The position numbers and the translations under genes are program-made. From Balanoglossus misakiensis (Eukaryota > Animalia > Hemichordata): a stretch of 64,000 bases of DNA. Location: positions 1 through 64,000 of the forward strand of contig JBECUI020000027.1 of assembly GCA_040954595.2 (NCBI GenBank), given 5' to 3'. Below the pieces are notes generated by a model, which saw only the letters and a list, made by a program, of their open reading frames with translations, ran no database searches and was not told where the DNA came from. Shown in pieces: positions 10,099-20,784 of this stretch (the first letter of the stretch is position 1; each line of letters starts with the position of its first letter).

Positions 10099-10905
10099 TC
10101 AGGTGATTTTAGCTCTTCCTATGAGGAAAAAGAACAGTCGGGGAAAGAATCGATGGATCAGGGCGCTCAAGGTTTCAGGACCTCCTAACAATATCTCTCG
10201 ACGGCCCCGAGAAAGAGCGTGCCAGTATTTTTTGGCCACCTGATGCGGGTCACTTCCCCTTTGAAGAGTATCATCCATAAGTCCGTAGGCACTCCCATCT
10301 CCCCGAAGTGAACGCCTACTAATACCAGTACGGATACGTCCCCCTATGCCCATAGTAACGCAGATACCCTGCTTTCGGTATTCCAAAAACACACTCTCAA
10401 AATAACCATGCAATGCGTGCTTACTTGCTGAATAAGAAGATCTTAAAGGAAATCCATGCACACCCACAAGGCTACTGGTCACCCCTATTTTCCCTCCCCC
10501 TGCTTGAAGCATGGCTGGAAGAACCGTCTTGGTGATGGCTACGGCACCCATGAAGTTCACCGCCAAGAGGCGTTCGGTGACCTCCAAGGCTGTGTCCGCT
10601 GCCATGGCCCGCTGAGAAATGCCAGCATTGAGAATCAAATAATCGGGAGTTCCAGAAAGTTTAAGTAGAGAATTGACAGCCTCCACCGTTGCCGATTTTT
10701 CACCTAAATCTACGGCAAAGTGCCAGACTTCTTTGGCCCCCGCTTTCTGACAACGGGCTACCGCCTCTATCAAGGGGTCTGGACGGGAGGCCAGAAGAGC
10801 AAGCCGAGCCCCGGATTGAGCAGCGAGTAAAGCCAGTTCTAAGCCAATCCCCGACGAGCCGCCGCTTATCCAGACACAACGATTTTCCAGGCAGGAAAGA
10901 TTCAC
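10099..10905 (-). CDS. Short-chain dehydrogenase/reductase (candidate 3-ketocapnine reductase)
   Basis: SGGSSGIG, LNAGISQR, YSASK; the SDR family call is solid, the specific function is inferred from context only. Confidence 0.85.
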   Translation of the reverse strand: MNLSCLENRCVWISGGSSGIGLELALLAAQSGARLALLASRPDPLIEAVARCQKAGAKEVWHFAVDLGEKSATVEAVNSLLKLSGTPDYLILNAGISQRAMAADTALEVTERLLAVNFMGAVAITKTVLPAMLQAGGGKIGVTSSLVGVHGFPLRSSYSASKHALHGYFESVFLEYRKQGICVTMGIGGRIRTGISRRSLRGDGSAYGLMDDTLQRGSDPHQVAKKYWHALSRGRREILLGGPETLSALIHRFFPRLFFFLIGRAKIT

Positions 10906-10914
10906 AAGACCAGA

Positions 10915-11403
10915 TTAATCCCGGAAAAGACTCATCTCGGTATAGGGAGGGTTGAGAAACAGCATATCGTCTCCAAAAACACCCTGGGAGGCCAAAGAGG
11001 CTATCTCCTCTCCCCGATTCTGGAAAAGTGTAGCCTGAGCCGTCAGCTTTACTCCCAAACGATGGGCCATGGCCAAGCCTTCTCCAATCCGGAAAAGCCT
11101 GGGGAGGCCCCGGGTGGGAAGATTTCCTGTAAGAAGTAATCGAGGATCGGCCTCCTCGTTAGACATGAGTAAAGCCTTATAAGAACGCTTACGAGGTAAA
11201 AGTTCTGCAATCCAGGCCGTTGAGGTCTCATCGCTGTTGTTAAAGATCTCGCGGAGAAGAAAATCTAAGTCATAGGGATCTATATCAAGAGAAAGGTAAC
11301 GGCCGCTATTTATATCTCTAAGGACAATGAACGGCGAACCGGATGGGCCCTCAAGCGCCGCTCCGAACAACTGAACATTCTTAATAGAAAATTTCTTTAC
11401 CAT
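10915..11403 (-). CDS. Hypothetical protein, weak resemblance to bifunctional nuclease (DUF151) domain
   Basis: 162-aa ORF with RBS (gggagg); PFIVLRD...RYLSLDID resembles the DUF151 N-terminus. Confidence 0.45.
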   Translation of the reverse strand: MVKKFSIKNVQLFGAALEGPSGSPFIVLRDINSGRYLSLDIDPYDLDFLLREIFNNSDETSTAWIAELLPRKRSYKALLMSNEEADPRLLLTGNLPTRGLPRLFRIGEGLAMAHRLGVKLTAQATLFQNRGEEIASLASQGVFGDDMLFLNPPYTEMSLFRD

Positions 11404-11632
11404 TTCCCTCCCTATTATATTTCATTCTCTAAAAAAAACAACTACAGACATATTTTATTCATAAAACGTTCATAAGACATGACAGAATTTACTTCACAGA
11501 TGTTCCCAGCGTCCCATGAGGCCTCTTCGAGAACCCTTAATTTCAAGCTAGAATGTCACCTGTAGGGCAGCCTCGCTTGCCCAGGTCAGGGTTTCCTGTG
11601 AAGCTTCTCCATAGTGTTTTCTACGTTCTTGA

Positions 11633-11662
11633 TTGACACTTCTCTGTATTGAATGTTATCAT
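11633..11662 (+). promoter_or_regulatory. Sigma70-type promoter of tRNA-Leu
   Basis: TTGACA, 18-bp spacer, TG-n-TATCAT, about 10 bp upstream of the tRNA. Confidence 0.6.
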
Positions 11663-11671
11663 GCTTTTCCA

Positions 11672-11755
11672 GCCTGGATGGTGAAATCGGTAGACACGCT
11701 AGTTTCAGGGACTAGTGCTCGCAAGAGCATGGAGGTTCGAGTCCTCTTCCAGGCA
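11672..11755 (+). tRNA. tRNA-Leu(CAG)
   Basis: GCCTGGA/TCCAGGC acceptor stem, CTAGT-TTCAGGG-ACTAG anticodon arm, long variable arm, GGTTCGAGTCC T-loop. Confidence 0.95.
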
Positions 11756-11757
11756 TG

Positions 11758-11786
11758 TATAAACCCTTACAGGGTAAGAGTTTATA
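11758..11786 (+). repeat. Hairpin directly downstream of tRNA-Leu
   Basis: TATAAACCCTTAC-AGG-GTAAGAGTTTATA, 12/13 paired. Confidence 0.6.
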
Positions 11787-11850
11787 GTATCTTCTAGCGA
11801 AGGTGCTTTTGTTTTTATAAGCATTAGTTTTTTTTGATGCCTTTATGGAT

Positions 11851-12962
11851 GCCCGTGGGTTATTTTTTATATCTCTAGGCACTTGAGCGATCATAGTGAT
11901 GGCGCAAGCCTGATAATATTTGCTTCTTCTTTATTACACTGGAATTTGTTATAATTACAGCATCTGCTACCTTGTTGATTCCCTGAGGCATTCTCTGTTT
12001 GTTCTCATACTTTACAAATTCAGAAACAATGTTTCGAACTTGTTTCTCAGAAAACAGTAGAAAATGATCCAGAGCTTCTCTTCTGATGGTTCCGTTAAAC
12101 CGTTCGACAAAGGCATTCATGTTAGGTGCCGAAGTACAGATATTAACACTTTTGATATGATACCAGCTATAATCAATGGAAGTGAATTGAGCTGCATTGT
12201 CATAGATCAGAGTTTTCTTCTGCCCTTCATATGTCTCTGAAAAGATCTCAATTCTCTGTTTCATAAATTCTCGGCAGGGATTTTCAGTCATATCGAACTG
12301 AACAATCTTCCGGGTTTTCGACTCCAGTATAATCAGCAGATAGAATCTCTTCCCGAATAGAGTATCTACGGTCATGAAATCCATTGAATATAATGAATCC
12401 CAATGCATTTTCAAAAATCTCTTCCAGGAACCGTGGCCTTGAATCAATCCCTGCTTCCAGAAAGTGCTGATTATACTATTTACGATGGTGTAATGGATTT
12501 CAATATTGATTTTCTTAAGTTCATTGGCAATCTTTTTACAGCCCCAAAGGTAATTATTTTGCTTAATCTTCAGAATGAGCTCTTTGATGTCTTTGGTGAC
12601 AGGTTTTCTTTCCGGCGTCTTATGTTTATAACTCCAGAAATTTTTTATAAAACTGCGTTGCCAGTTAAGTAGAGTTTCCGGCTTAACTATTGTCACATGC
12701 TTTATTGCTTTCTTGGACAACGCTCTAATCATTGCAAGAATAAGCCTGTCATTTTTCTAGAACTGCAGTTTTTTATTCTGGAGATTCAGATACCGACGGT
12801 AAATCTCATTTTCCTTTTTTAGAAGCAGCATTGTGAACATCGAGTTAAGAAGTGAATAGATGAAGCTGAACATGACTGCATTATACCCAAGATTTTAAAT
12901 GTGTTAAATTTACCAGATTAAGACATCTTCCGGTGTCCGGATGAGAAAAAATAACCCACGGC
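11851..12962 (-). mobile_element. IS-like element with rve/DDE integrase-core transposase (pseudogene, in-frame stop near 5' end)
   Basis: IVKPETLLNW, WGCKKIANEL, MDFMTV, LIYDN, PNMNAFVERFNGTIRREALD; perfect 16-bp inverted repeat CCGTGGGTTATTTTTT (11853-11868) / AAAAAATAACCCACGG (12946-12961). Confidence 0.85.
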
Positions 12963-13014
12963 CTTTATTTCACACATTTCAGTAGTTTTAACATATATGA
13001 TCCATTTGTATAAT

Positions 13015-13935
13015 TTATTTCTTTTGAGTGTAATCTATTGATTTCCGGAAGTTCCGGGGGGAAATGCCTTTATACTTTTTGAAAGTTCTACAGAAGTAGG
13101 CTGGATCTGCATAACCTACTTTCCATGCGATCTCCTCTATGAGTAATGATGTATTCGTAAGTAGTCTTGTGGCATAATTACAGCGTTTTTCATTTATGTA
13201 TACACTGAGATTATCCCCCATTTCTTTAGAAAAAATTGAAGATAAATAGTTGGGTGAACATCCAATAAGATTTGAAAGAGATCTTACTGAAAGCTGTGAA
13301 TCTGAAATATTACTTTCTACAAGATCGAGACATATCTTCAATTTATGACTTCTTTCCCGATGAGAATAATGGGAATCTTTATTTGCAATTGTCTGCTCAA
13401 TCAATGAGAGAAAGGATAATAGATTTCCTATAAAAAAATCGCTTTCATAGTCATTAAATTTTCTAAAATATGATTCAGATTGATCAGAATAATATAGTAT
13501 ATCTTTAAGATTTTCAGGTTTAAAAAAAAACTTCTTTGTAGGTATTGGATTATTATTTAATCTTCCATTAGCAAAATGAAACGAAAAAGTATCATTGTGG
13601 AATGTTATAACCAGGTTTGTAAATTTTTTTTCACTTGTCACAATTCCGATATGTGGACAATATGCTGGAATCAGGCAAAAGTCTCCCACGGAAATATCTA
13701 TATATTGTTCTGAGCTATATAATCTTAAATTTCCGCTCAATAGGAACATCAACTCCGGTAGTTGGTGGAAATGTTGATCTTTTATATTATTTTGATCCCA
13801 TATGTTCGCAGGAAAAAGAACATGACTCCGGCCTTGACGGAGTTTTTTCATTGAGTCTTTTATAACAAAGCATACCTGTTCATTTATTTCCACAGTAAAT
13901 AGATTATTCCATGAAAGTGTAGATATGTCCAACAA
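13015..13935 (-). CDS. AraC family regulator (cupin + HTH)
   Basis: HFHQLPEL cupin motif; SPNYLSSIF...IAWKVGYADPAYFCRTFKKYKGISP. Confidence 0.9.
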   Translation of the reverse strand: MLDISTLSWNNLFTVEINEQVCFVIKDSMKKLRQGRSHVLFPANIWDQNNIKDQHFHQLPELMFLLSGNLRLYSSEQYIDISVGDFCLIPAYCPHIGIVTSEKKFTNLVITFHNDTFSFHFANGRLNNNPIPTKKFFFKPENLKDILYYSDQSESYFRKFNDYESDFFIGNLLSFLSLIEQTIANKDSHYSHRERSHKLKICLDLVESNISDSQLSVRSLSNLIGCSPNYLSSIFSKEMGDNLSVYINEKRCNYATRLLTNTSLLIEEIAWKVGYADPAYFCRTFKKYKGISPRNFRKSIDYTQKK

Positions 13936-13998
13936 TTTTCAATATACAGGCCTTAAATCCATGATAAAGTTACTTATATACAATAAATGGAGGTATAT

Positions 13999-15264
13999 AT
14001 GAAAAAAATAATTGTCACTTTGTTCATTTTATTTTTGACAGCAAATGTATTTGCAAATGGTGAACAGGAACAATCAAAGGTAACAGTTGAAGTGCTTCAC
14101 TACCGACAGGAAAGCAATAAAGATTTCCAGGCAGTGGCAGATGCTTATTCTGAAGAACATCCCAATGTTGAAATTATTTTCAATGGATTATCAGCCAACT
14201 ATTCTGAAACCATGCAGGGAAGAATAGCGTCCGGTGATATGCCCACAGTTTTTGCTGTAGATGGCCCAACACAAATTTCCTTATTTCGTGAGTATTTAGA
14301 CGACTTGAGTGATCAGTCCTGGGTTGATCTGGCCTTTGAGGGCGTTTTAGATGGAATCACCTTTGATCAAAAAGTATATGGTCTTCCATGGCAGGTTTCC
14401 GGTTATGGACTTATTTACAATAAACGCATTCTCGAAGAAGCCGGTATAAACATCGAAGAGTATAGAAGTAATTTAACTATTGACTCTCTTAGGGAAATAG
14501 CCGTTCTTCTGGAAAGCAAAAAAGAGGAATTGGGCATTGAGGCTGTTTTTGCTTTGGGTCCAAAAGACACCTGGACTATTGGCAACCATATGGTCAATAG
14601 TGCTTTAGCTCTTGAGTTTGGAAACGTTCAGAATGCCTTTAAAGCTTCTACAGTGGATTTTACCTATGGTAATGAGTTTAAAGAATTTCTTGATCTTCAG
14701 TTATCCTATGTATCCAACCGGGATACAATTAATAATATAGGATATTCAGAACAGGTCGAGCGGATATTTGCTCTAGAAAAAGCTCCTCTCATGCATCAGG
14801 GTATGTGGGTTTATCACTCTGTAAAATCAATTAATCCCGAATTAGCTGATAATATGGGATTTTTACCCATACCTATGGGAGCTAAAACAGATAGTATAGC
14901 CGTAGGTGTTCCCGGTTATTGGGTTGTCAACTCTGAAGCAGAATTAGAGGGAAAAGAAGCAGCGAAAGATTTTCTCAATTACTTATATACTTCAGATTTG
15001 GGGAAAGACGCTATTGCAACTAAAATTAACTTTGTACCTCCATTAAAAGGGTATGAAAACTTTATTCTGCCCAATCCTTTAGCTAGAGATATCATAACTT
15101 TTTCCAATGCGGGTAAGACAATACCATGGACATTTCAGGGAACTCCTTCAGGTTGGAATCAATCTGCTTTTGGAACAGAGATTCAAAAATACATTCATGG
15201 GATGATTGGCTGGGATGAGGTTGTTTCCAATAGTAAAAGGGAATGGGAGAAAGCCCGTAAATGA
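13999..15264 (+). CDS. Carbohydrate ABC transporter solute-binding protein
   Basis: RBS GGAGG, signal peptide MKKIIVTL...FANGEQE, GYGLIYNK; followed by two permeases. Confidence 0.9.
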   Translation: MKKIIVTLFILFLTANVFANGEQEQSKVTVEVLHYRQESNKDFQAVADAYSEEHPNVEIIFNGLSANYSETMQGRIASGDMPTVFAVDGPTQISLFREYLDDLSDQSWVDLAFEGVLDGITFDQKVYGLPWQVSGYGLIYNKRILEEAGINIEEYRSNLTIDSLREIAVLLESKKEELGIEAVFALGPKDTWTIGNHMVNSALALEFGNVQNAFKASTVDFTYGNEFKEFLDLQLSYVSNRDTINNIGYSEQVERIFALEKAPLMHQGMWVYHSVKSINPELADNMGFLPIPMGAKTDSIAVGVPGYWVVNSEAELEGKEAAKDFLNYLYTSDLGKDAIATKINFVPPLKGYENFILPNPLARDIITFSNAGKTIPWTFQGTPSGWNQSAFGTEIQKYIHGMIGWDEVVSNSKREWEKARK

Positions 15265-16130
15265 GAAAGTTATACAAAAGTAAAGACTATTGGGTATTTA
15301 TTATCCCCGCTTTAGCGATATTTACTTTTGTACATCTACTACCGTTTTTATCCGGATTTTACCTCAGCCTGACCGATTGGGATGGTGTTAGGGGTAATCC
15401 GGTATGGGTAGGGGTGTCCAATTTTATTATTGCTGTAAAAGATGTATCTTTCATCAATTCTATCTGGTTCAGTATCAGGATAGTGATCTATTCAGTCGTT
15501 GTAATCAATCTTTTAGGCTTTTTATTGGCCTTACTGGTTACACAGAAAATAAAAGGTAAACATCTCTTCCGCACATTCTACTTTCTTCCCAACTTAATCG
15601 GTGGAATTATCTTAGGTTTTATATGGCAATTCATTTTTACAGAGATTTTTTCATCTATCGGGTCTCAATTGAATCTGAATTTTTTAAATGGTTGGCTTTC
15701 CGATCCATCTACAGGATTCTGGGGACTTATAATTTTATACACCTGGAAAATGAGCGGGTATATTATGATCATATACATCGCCTCTCTGGAAAATATTCCC
15801 TCTGAATTAATTGACGCCAGTAATATCGATGGGGCCAATGCCCTCCAGAGAATCAAACATATCGTTTTTCCCCTGGTCGCACCGGCTTTTACTATCAGTT
15901 TATTTCTGATAATCTCACAGTCCTTTAAGCTCTTTGATCCCAATCTATCTCTCACCGGCGGTGGTCCCTTTAGATCTACAGAGATGATGGCTCTGAATAT
16001 TTACAACACGGCTTTCAGTTTTAATGAAATGGGTGTTGCCCAGGCAAAAGCTCTGATCTTTTTTCTATTGGTCTCTTTAATCGGTATTTTTCAGGTGTAT
16101 ATCACCGGCAAAAAGGAGATAGAAGCATGA
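15261..16130 (+). CDS. Carbohydrate ABC permease
   Basis: Hydrophobic; EAA loop ELIDASNIDGA. Confidence 0.9.
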   Translation: MRKLYKSKDYWVFIIPALAIFTFVHLLPFLSGFYLSLTDWDGVRGNPVWVGVSNFIIAVKDVSFINSIWFSIRIVIYSVVVINLLGFLLALLVTQKIKGKHLFRTFYFLPNLIGGIILGFIWQFIFTEIFSSIGSQLNLNFLNGWLSDPSTGFWGLIILYTWKMSGYIMIIYIASLENIPSELIDASNIDGANALQRIKHIVFPLVAPAFTISLFLIISQSFKLFDPNLSLTGGGPFRSTEMMALNIYNTAFSFNEMGVAQAKALIFFLLVSLIGIFQVYITGKKEIEA

Positions 16131-16939
16131 AAAAAAAGCACTCTACAGCTCTAACAATAACAGGTATTATTATCAGTCTTTTCTACCTCTCTCCTCTCTA
16201 TCTCGTAGTTGTCAATTCATTTAAAACAAAAAGGGAACTCTTTGAAAGCCAGATTCAATTGCCCAAAACCTGGATAATCGGCAATTATCTCGAAGCAATA
16301 GCCGAGATGAATTACTTCAAATCTCTATTCAATTCTCTCGCAATTACAACCAGTGTTCTTTTACTTATTTTGTTCATTTCATCAGCTGCAGCATGGATGT
16401 TGTTGAGGAATAAGGGGAAATTCAGCACATTATTTATGTATGCCCTCATAGCATCACTTATGATACCCTTTCAAGCTATCATGTTCCCCCTTTTGCGATT
16501 ATTGAATGTATCTCAACTCATATCGCCTTGGGGGCTGATTATAGTTCAGACAGGTTTTGGACTACCCATGTCTGTATTTCTCTTTTTCGGATTTATGAAA
16601 ACACTGCCAAAATCTCTTGAAGAAGTGGCTATCATAGAATCCTGTACATCCCTTCAAATTTACCAGCATATTATTTTACCTCTGGTAAAACCAATGAGCA
16701 TGACCGTTGCCATTTTAAATGGCCTTTGGGTCTGGAACGGTTTTCTTATGCCATCTCTTATACTCAAGAGGAAAGCATATACGCTTCCTCTAAGTATGTT
16801 CTATTTTTTCGGGCAGTACACAAAACAGTGGAACCTGGCATTGGCAGGTCTGGTAATGTCTATAATACCCATCGTCATTTTTTATATGTTCGCTCAAAAA
16901 TCCATATTATCGGGGATTACCGCAGGATCTAATAAATGA
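16127..16939 (+). CDS. Carbohydrate ABC permease
   Basis: Hydrophobic; LPKSLEEVAIIES loop, C-terminal AQKSILSGITAG. Confidence 0.9.
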   Translation: MKKKHSTALTITGIIISLFYLSPLYLVVVNSFKTKRELFESQIQLPKTWIIGNYLEAIAEMNYFKSLFNSLAITTSVLLLILFISSAAAWMLLRNKGKFSTLFMYALIASLMIPFQAIMFPLLRLLNVSQLISPWGLIIVQTGFGLPMSVFLFFGFMKTLPKSLEEVAIIESCTSLQIYQHIILPLVKPMSMTVAILNGLWVWNGFLMPSLILKRKAYTLPLSMFYFFGQYTKQWNLALAGLVMSIIPIVIFYMFAQKSILSGITAGSNK

Positions 16940-18270
16940 AACAAAAGAATGTCATATGGTTTATAACAGATCAGCAGAGATCTCAAACATTGAGTTGTAA
17001 CGGAAATCCCAATATAACAACTCCCAATTTGGATATGCTGGCTAATACAGGAGTGAATTTTACAAAAGCTGTGAGTAACTATCCTCTTTGCTGCCCCATC
17101 AGGGGGTCATTGCTTACAGGATTGTACTCCCATAAATGTGTTCCCGGTCATGAATATCCACTTGATCCCGCACTCCCAACAATTGAGAGTGAATTTAACA
17201 AAGCCGGCTACGATACTGTTTATTTTGGGAAATGGCATCTCGACGGTTTTAAAGAAAAAGAGGGTAGATCGGCACATCATACTGTTCCAAAAGAGAGACG
17301 CGGTGACTTTAATACCTGGGTCGGCTATGAGAATAATAACAGTCCATGGGACTGCTGGGTACATGGACATAAAAATGAAAAAGAGATTCCCCTTTCAAGA
17401 TTAACCGCTTATGAAACTGATGCTTTTACAGGTATGGCTATAGATTATATTCTTGAAAGAGATGAAGATAAGCCTTTTTTTATGATTATTTCAGTTCAAC
17501 CGCCCCACAGTCCCTATATTCCCATTAGCGGTTTTTCTGATGAACTGAATCCTCAATCTATCAAACTGCGTCCCAATGTTCCCGAAATTCCCGAAATGCG
17601 TTCTGATGTTCGAAAGGATCTGGCTGGATATTACAGCATGATTAAGAATGTTGATTGGAATGTTGGTAAATTAATGAGTTCTCTGACCGAAACGGACATC
17701 CGGTTTGATACGCACTTAATTTTTACAAGTGATCATGGCGATATGCATGGCAGTCATGGACAAATTAACAAAACAACAGCTTATGAGGAGGCAATCAGAG
17801 TTCCCTTTATCATATCAGGTGAAGTCCCTATGGGATATGATGATAGAAAGTCCGGTAATTCCACTGCCCCCATCAGTTTAATCGATCTTCCTCCTACAAC
17901 TCTGGGATTGTGTCATTTGCCCATTCCCGACTGGATGGAGGGATTTGATTATTCCCATCACAGAATAAGAAAAGAAACGATCCGGGAAAAAGATCCCGAT
18001 TCAGCGTATATACAAAGTGTAAATCCCACGGGGCATGACGATAGTGTTGATAAACCATGGCGGGGTGTTGTTACTCACGATGATTGGAAATACGCTTGTT
18101 TTAACAACTGTGACTGGCTTATGTTTCATTTGGCTAAGGATCCTTATGAACAGGTAAATCTCGTTCACAATCCCCTTTTTAAAGATAAAAAAACTGAGCT
18201 TATAAAAAAACTGGCCCAGTGGGTGGAGAAAACCAATGATGATTTTCTATTGCCTGAGATATTAGAGTAA
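16936..18270 (+). CDS. Sulfatase (Cys-type, formylglycine-dependent)
   Basis: ITDQQR, CCPIRGSLLTG (CxPxR), GKWHL, TSDHG. Confidence 0.93.
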   Translation: MKQKNVIWFITDQQRSQTLSCNGNPNITTPNLDMLANTGVNFTKAVSNYPLCCPIRGSLLTGLYSHKCVPGHEYPLDPALPTIESEFNKAGYDTVYFGKWHLDGFKEKEGRSAHHTVPKERRGDFNTWVGYENNNSPWDCWVHGHKNEKEIPLSRLTAYETDAFTGMAIDYILERDEDKPFFMIISVQPPHSPYIPISGFSDELNPQSIKLRPNVPEIPEMRSDVRKDLAGYYSMIKNVDWNVGKLMSSLTETDIRFDTHLIFTSDHGDMHGSHGQINKTTAYEEAIRVPFIISGEVPMGYDDRKSGNSTAPISLIDLPPTTLGLCHLPIPDWMEGFDYSHHRIRKETIREKDPDSAYIQSVNPTGHDDSVDKPWRGVVTHDDWKYACFNNCDWLMFHLAKDPYEQVNLVHNPLFKDKKTELIKKLAQWVEKTNDDFLLPEILE

Positions 18271-18728
18271 AAATAACGTGTTATAACATTATATGTAAAG
18301 CTTGAAATCCAAGGTTTTACAGAATCAGTCAAATCTTTATATTTAGAAAAATAAAGATTTGATATAAGCATGGTTGATGCAATTAGTATTGAGAAGTAGG
18401 TTCTCCTTTTTTCTTACTTCTTAGTAAACCCAATCTTTTCATTTAATATCTTTTTTTGTTAACCCTCCTGATTCTGGAGGGTGAACTTTCTATTGGATTA
18501 TATAGATTTTTTATGGGATTTAATTCATTAGGATCATTTAATATTTCAAAAAAGTCTGGTTCCAGCATCCTGAAAACCCAGGGAATATGATTTGGGACTC
18601 GTTTTGAATCCTCACGGTGCTTTATTTTCATTAAAGGGATTCCTTTGGTAAAATCAAAGCCCCGTGGTGTATTGTAAAACATCCGAGTTCATATTTCAGG
18701 CGAACTCCTATAATATTGTGGTTCTAAT

Positions 18729-18885
18729 CGTATAGCACAAAACATGGTTTACATTTATACAAGGACATAGTTTACACTTTTAGTTCATTGAAATCTGCAT
18801 GGCCCAGGAAGTACTGTCGGAAATAGACTCGGAAGATTGTATTTCCGACTTCTTCAAGCCCGACCATTTTGCCTCCAAGGGCTTT
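18729..18885 (-). mobile_element. IS481-like transposase 3'-end remnant
   Basis: GLEEVGNTIFRVYFRQ plus terminal TGT...CATGT-like repeats; homologous to 21866-22150. Confidence 0.55.
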
Positions 18886-19219
18886 GGCATCACATTGTGA
18901 TTCAAGAGTATTGTTGGTAGTGCTGTAATCAGGTCCCATTACTCCGGCGTTATTTATAAGCAGATCTAGGTGGCTGTAATTATCAGAAAATTCTTTACAA
19001 AACCTTCAATAAGGCCCCTGCCAACGAGATCCGCTCAATAAAGTCCAAATCCGCCTCTATAACTTTCCTTTTAATCTTTATTATTGCTGCTCTGGATTTT
19101 TCTTCACTCCAACAACCCATGATCACTTTGCAGCCTTCTTTTGATCGTGCCAAGGATGCTCCGAAGCCCAATCCTGTGTTGGCTCCTGTTACTATTGCAA
19201 TTTTCATATAAGTAGTCAT
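18886..19219 (-). pseudogene. SDR oxidoreductase 5' fragment, frameshifted and truncated
   Basis: IVTGANTGLG, then LDLLINNAGVM in another frame; cut off at the IS remnant. Confidence 0.75.
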
Positions 19220-19455
19220 TCTATTTCTTAAGATTTTAGTGTATATTCAATCAAATTCTTGTGTTGTTTGTTATCTTAGGTATAAAAGGAGTAGAGGTGT
19301 ATATCCTATAAAATATCTCCAAACTTTTTATACTTGCTACTGATAACCTTAGGTTTATTGCTTATTTCAGGGGAATATATAACATGATCGTGGATTTGTT
19401 TATTTATGAGAAGGCAAGTTTCTATTAGTATCTTTTTTAAAAGAAGGAGGTCGAG

Positions 19456-20361
19456 ATGAAAGATCTTATCCATATTCGAAGCATTTCTCAAGTTCATGAA
19501 TTATTAGGATATTCCAAACCCAAACACCCTTTAATTACTCTCATTAATTTTAATGCTATTGAGTTTTCTCAAATCTGTAATGATATTCAGGTAGTTTCTG
19601 ATTTATATTCAATTACTCTTAAGGATAATCCTGAGTGCCAGTTTCGCTATGGTCGGCAGAGCATAGATTTTCAGGAGGGAAGTCTGTTCTTTATTGCAGC
19701 AGACCAAAGCATTACATTCGGTCCCAGCTCCAGCACTGGTGAGGAAAACACTGGGTGGATGCTCTTTTTTCATCCAGATCTGGTAAGAAAGACCCAGCTA
19801 TCAGCCAAAATGAGTGAATATACGTTTTTTTCCTATACTGCCGATGAAGCTTTGCATCTATCAGAAGAGGAAAAAATGATTGTAAACAGAATCGTGGAAA
19901 CTATTGAACATGAATCTGATCAGAATATAGATGAACACAGTCAGGAATTGATTGTTTCCAATCTGGAATTATTATTGAATTATAGTAAGAGATTTTTCGG
20001 TCGGCAGTTCTTAACTAGAACCAATACTCATAAGGACATCCTTCTCCGATTTGAATCACTGCTTCAAGATTATTTTATCTCAGAACTTCCTGGAACCATG
20101 GGGCTGCCAAGTGTGAAGTACTGTGCGAAAGAATTGGGGTATTCTCCCAATTATTTAAGTGATTTATTAAAAAAAGAAACAGGCAAAAATACTAGTGAAC
20201 ATATTCATTTCACTCTCGTTGAAAAAGCAAAAAATATGCTCTTAGGATCAGAAGACTCTATTAGTGAGATTTCATATGCATTAGGCTTTCAGTATCCACA
20301 GCACTTTTCTAAGTTTTTTAAGAATAAAACAGGAATGTCTCCAGCCTCTTATCGGGTGTGA
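19456..20361 (+). CDS. AraC family regulator
   Basis: YGRQSIDFQEG, EALHLSEEE, SPNYLSDLLKKETGK, GFQYPQHFSKFFK. Confidence 0.92.
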   Translation: MKDLIHIRSISQVHELLGYSKPKHPLITLINFNAIEFSQICNDIQVVSDLYSITLKDNPECQFRYGRQSIDFQEGSLFFIAADQSITFGPSSSTGEENTGWMLFFHPDLVRKTQLSAKMSEYTFFSYTADEALHLSEEEKMIVNRIVETIEHESDQNIDEHSQELIVSNLELLLNYSKRFFGRQFLTRTNTHKDILLRFESLLQDYFISELPGTMGLPSVKYCAKELGYSPNYLSDLLKKETGKNTSEHIHFTLVEKAKNMLLGSEDSISEISYALGFQYPQHFSKFFKNKTGMSPASYRV

Positions 20362-20784
20362 TTTCTTAAAATTATAAATAATTCCATATCTGATGGCATT
20401 CACAATGTCTGAGAACAGGTGCCGTATGAGCAGTCTCCTATAAAATACTTTCACAATAACCTCTAATTCTTGCCTTAATCCTGATGATTATGTTTAAGTT
20501 TGACACAAGCTAAGAGCCGGTATAGCAGTGATATCGATGTTTTTGTGATCTGTTTCTTTCTACCCCCCAAAAGAGATATAAAAAGCATTGAGTGCACAAT
20601 CTGGAAAATGCAAAGATTTGTACAGGAAGTTCTGTAATTTATATACAAACTCCGTAGATTTGTTTATTTATTCCGTGCTTTATAAGATTATATTATAGGG
20701 AGGAATATAAAATTGTGAATTAAAAGTAAATAGGTAATCCTGTGGACTTTTTAAACATGAAAAAATAATCTATGGAGGCTTTTT

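Noticed and set aside
18313-18330. TTACAGAATCAGTC resembling the reverse complement of ACTGACTCTGTAA near 56868 as element ends
   Set aside because: Only 12/13 bp match, with no associated transposase or target duplication; could be chance
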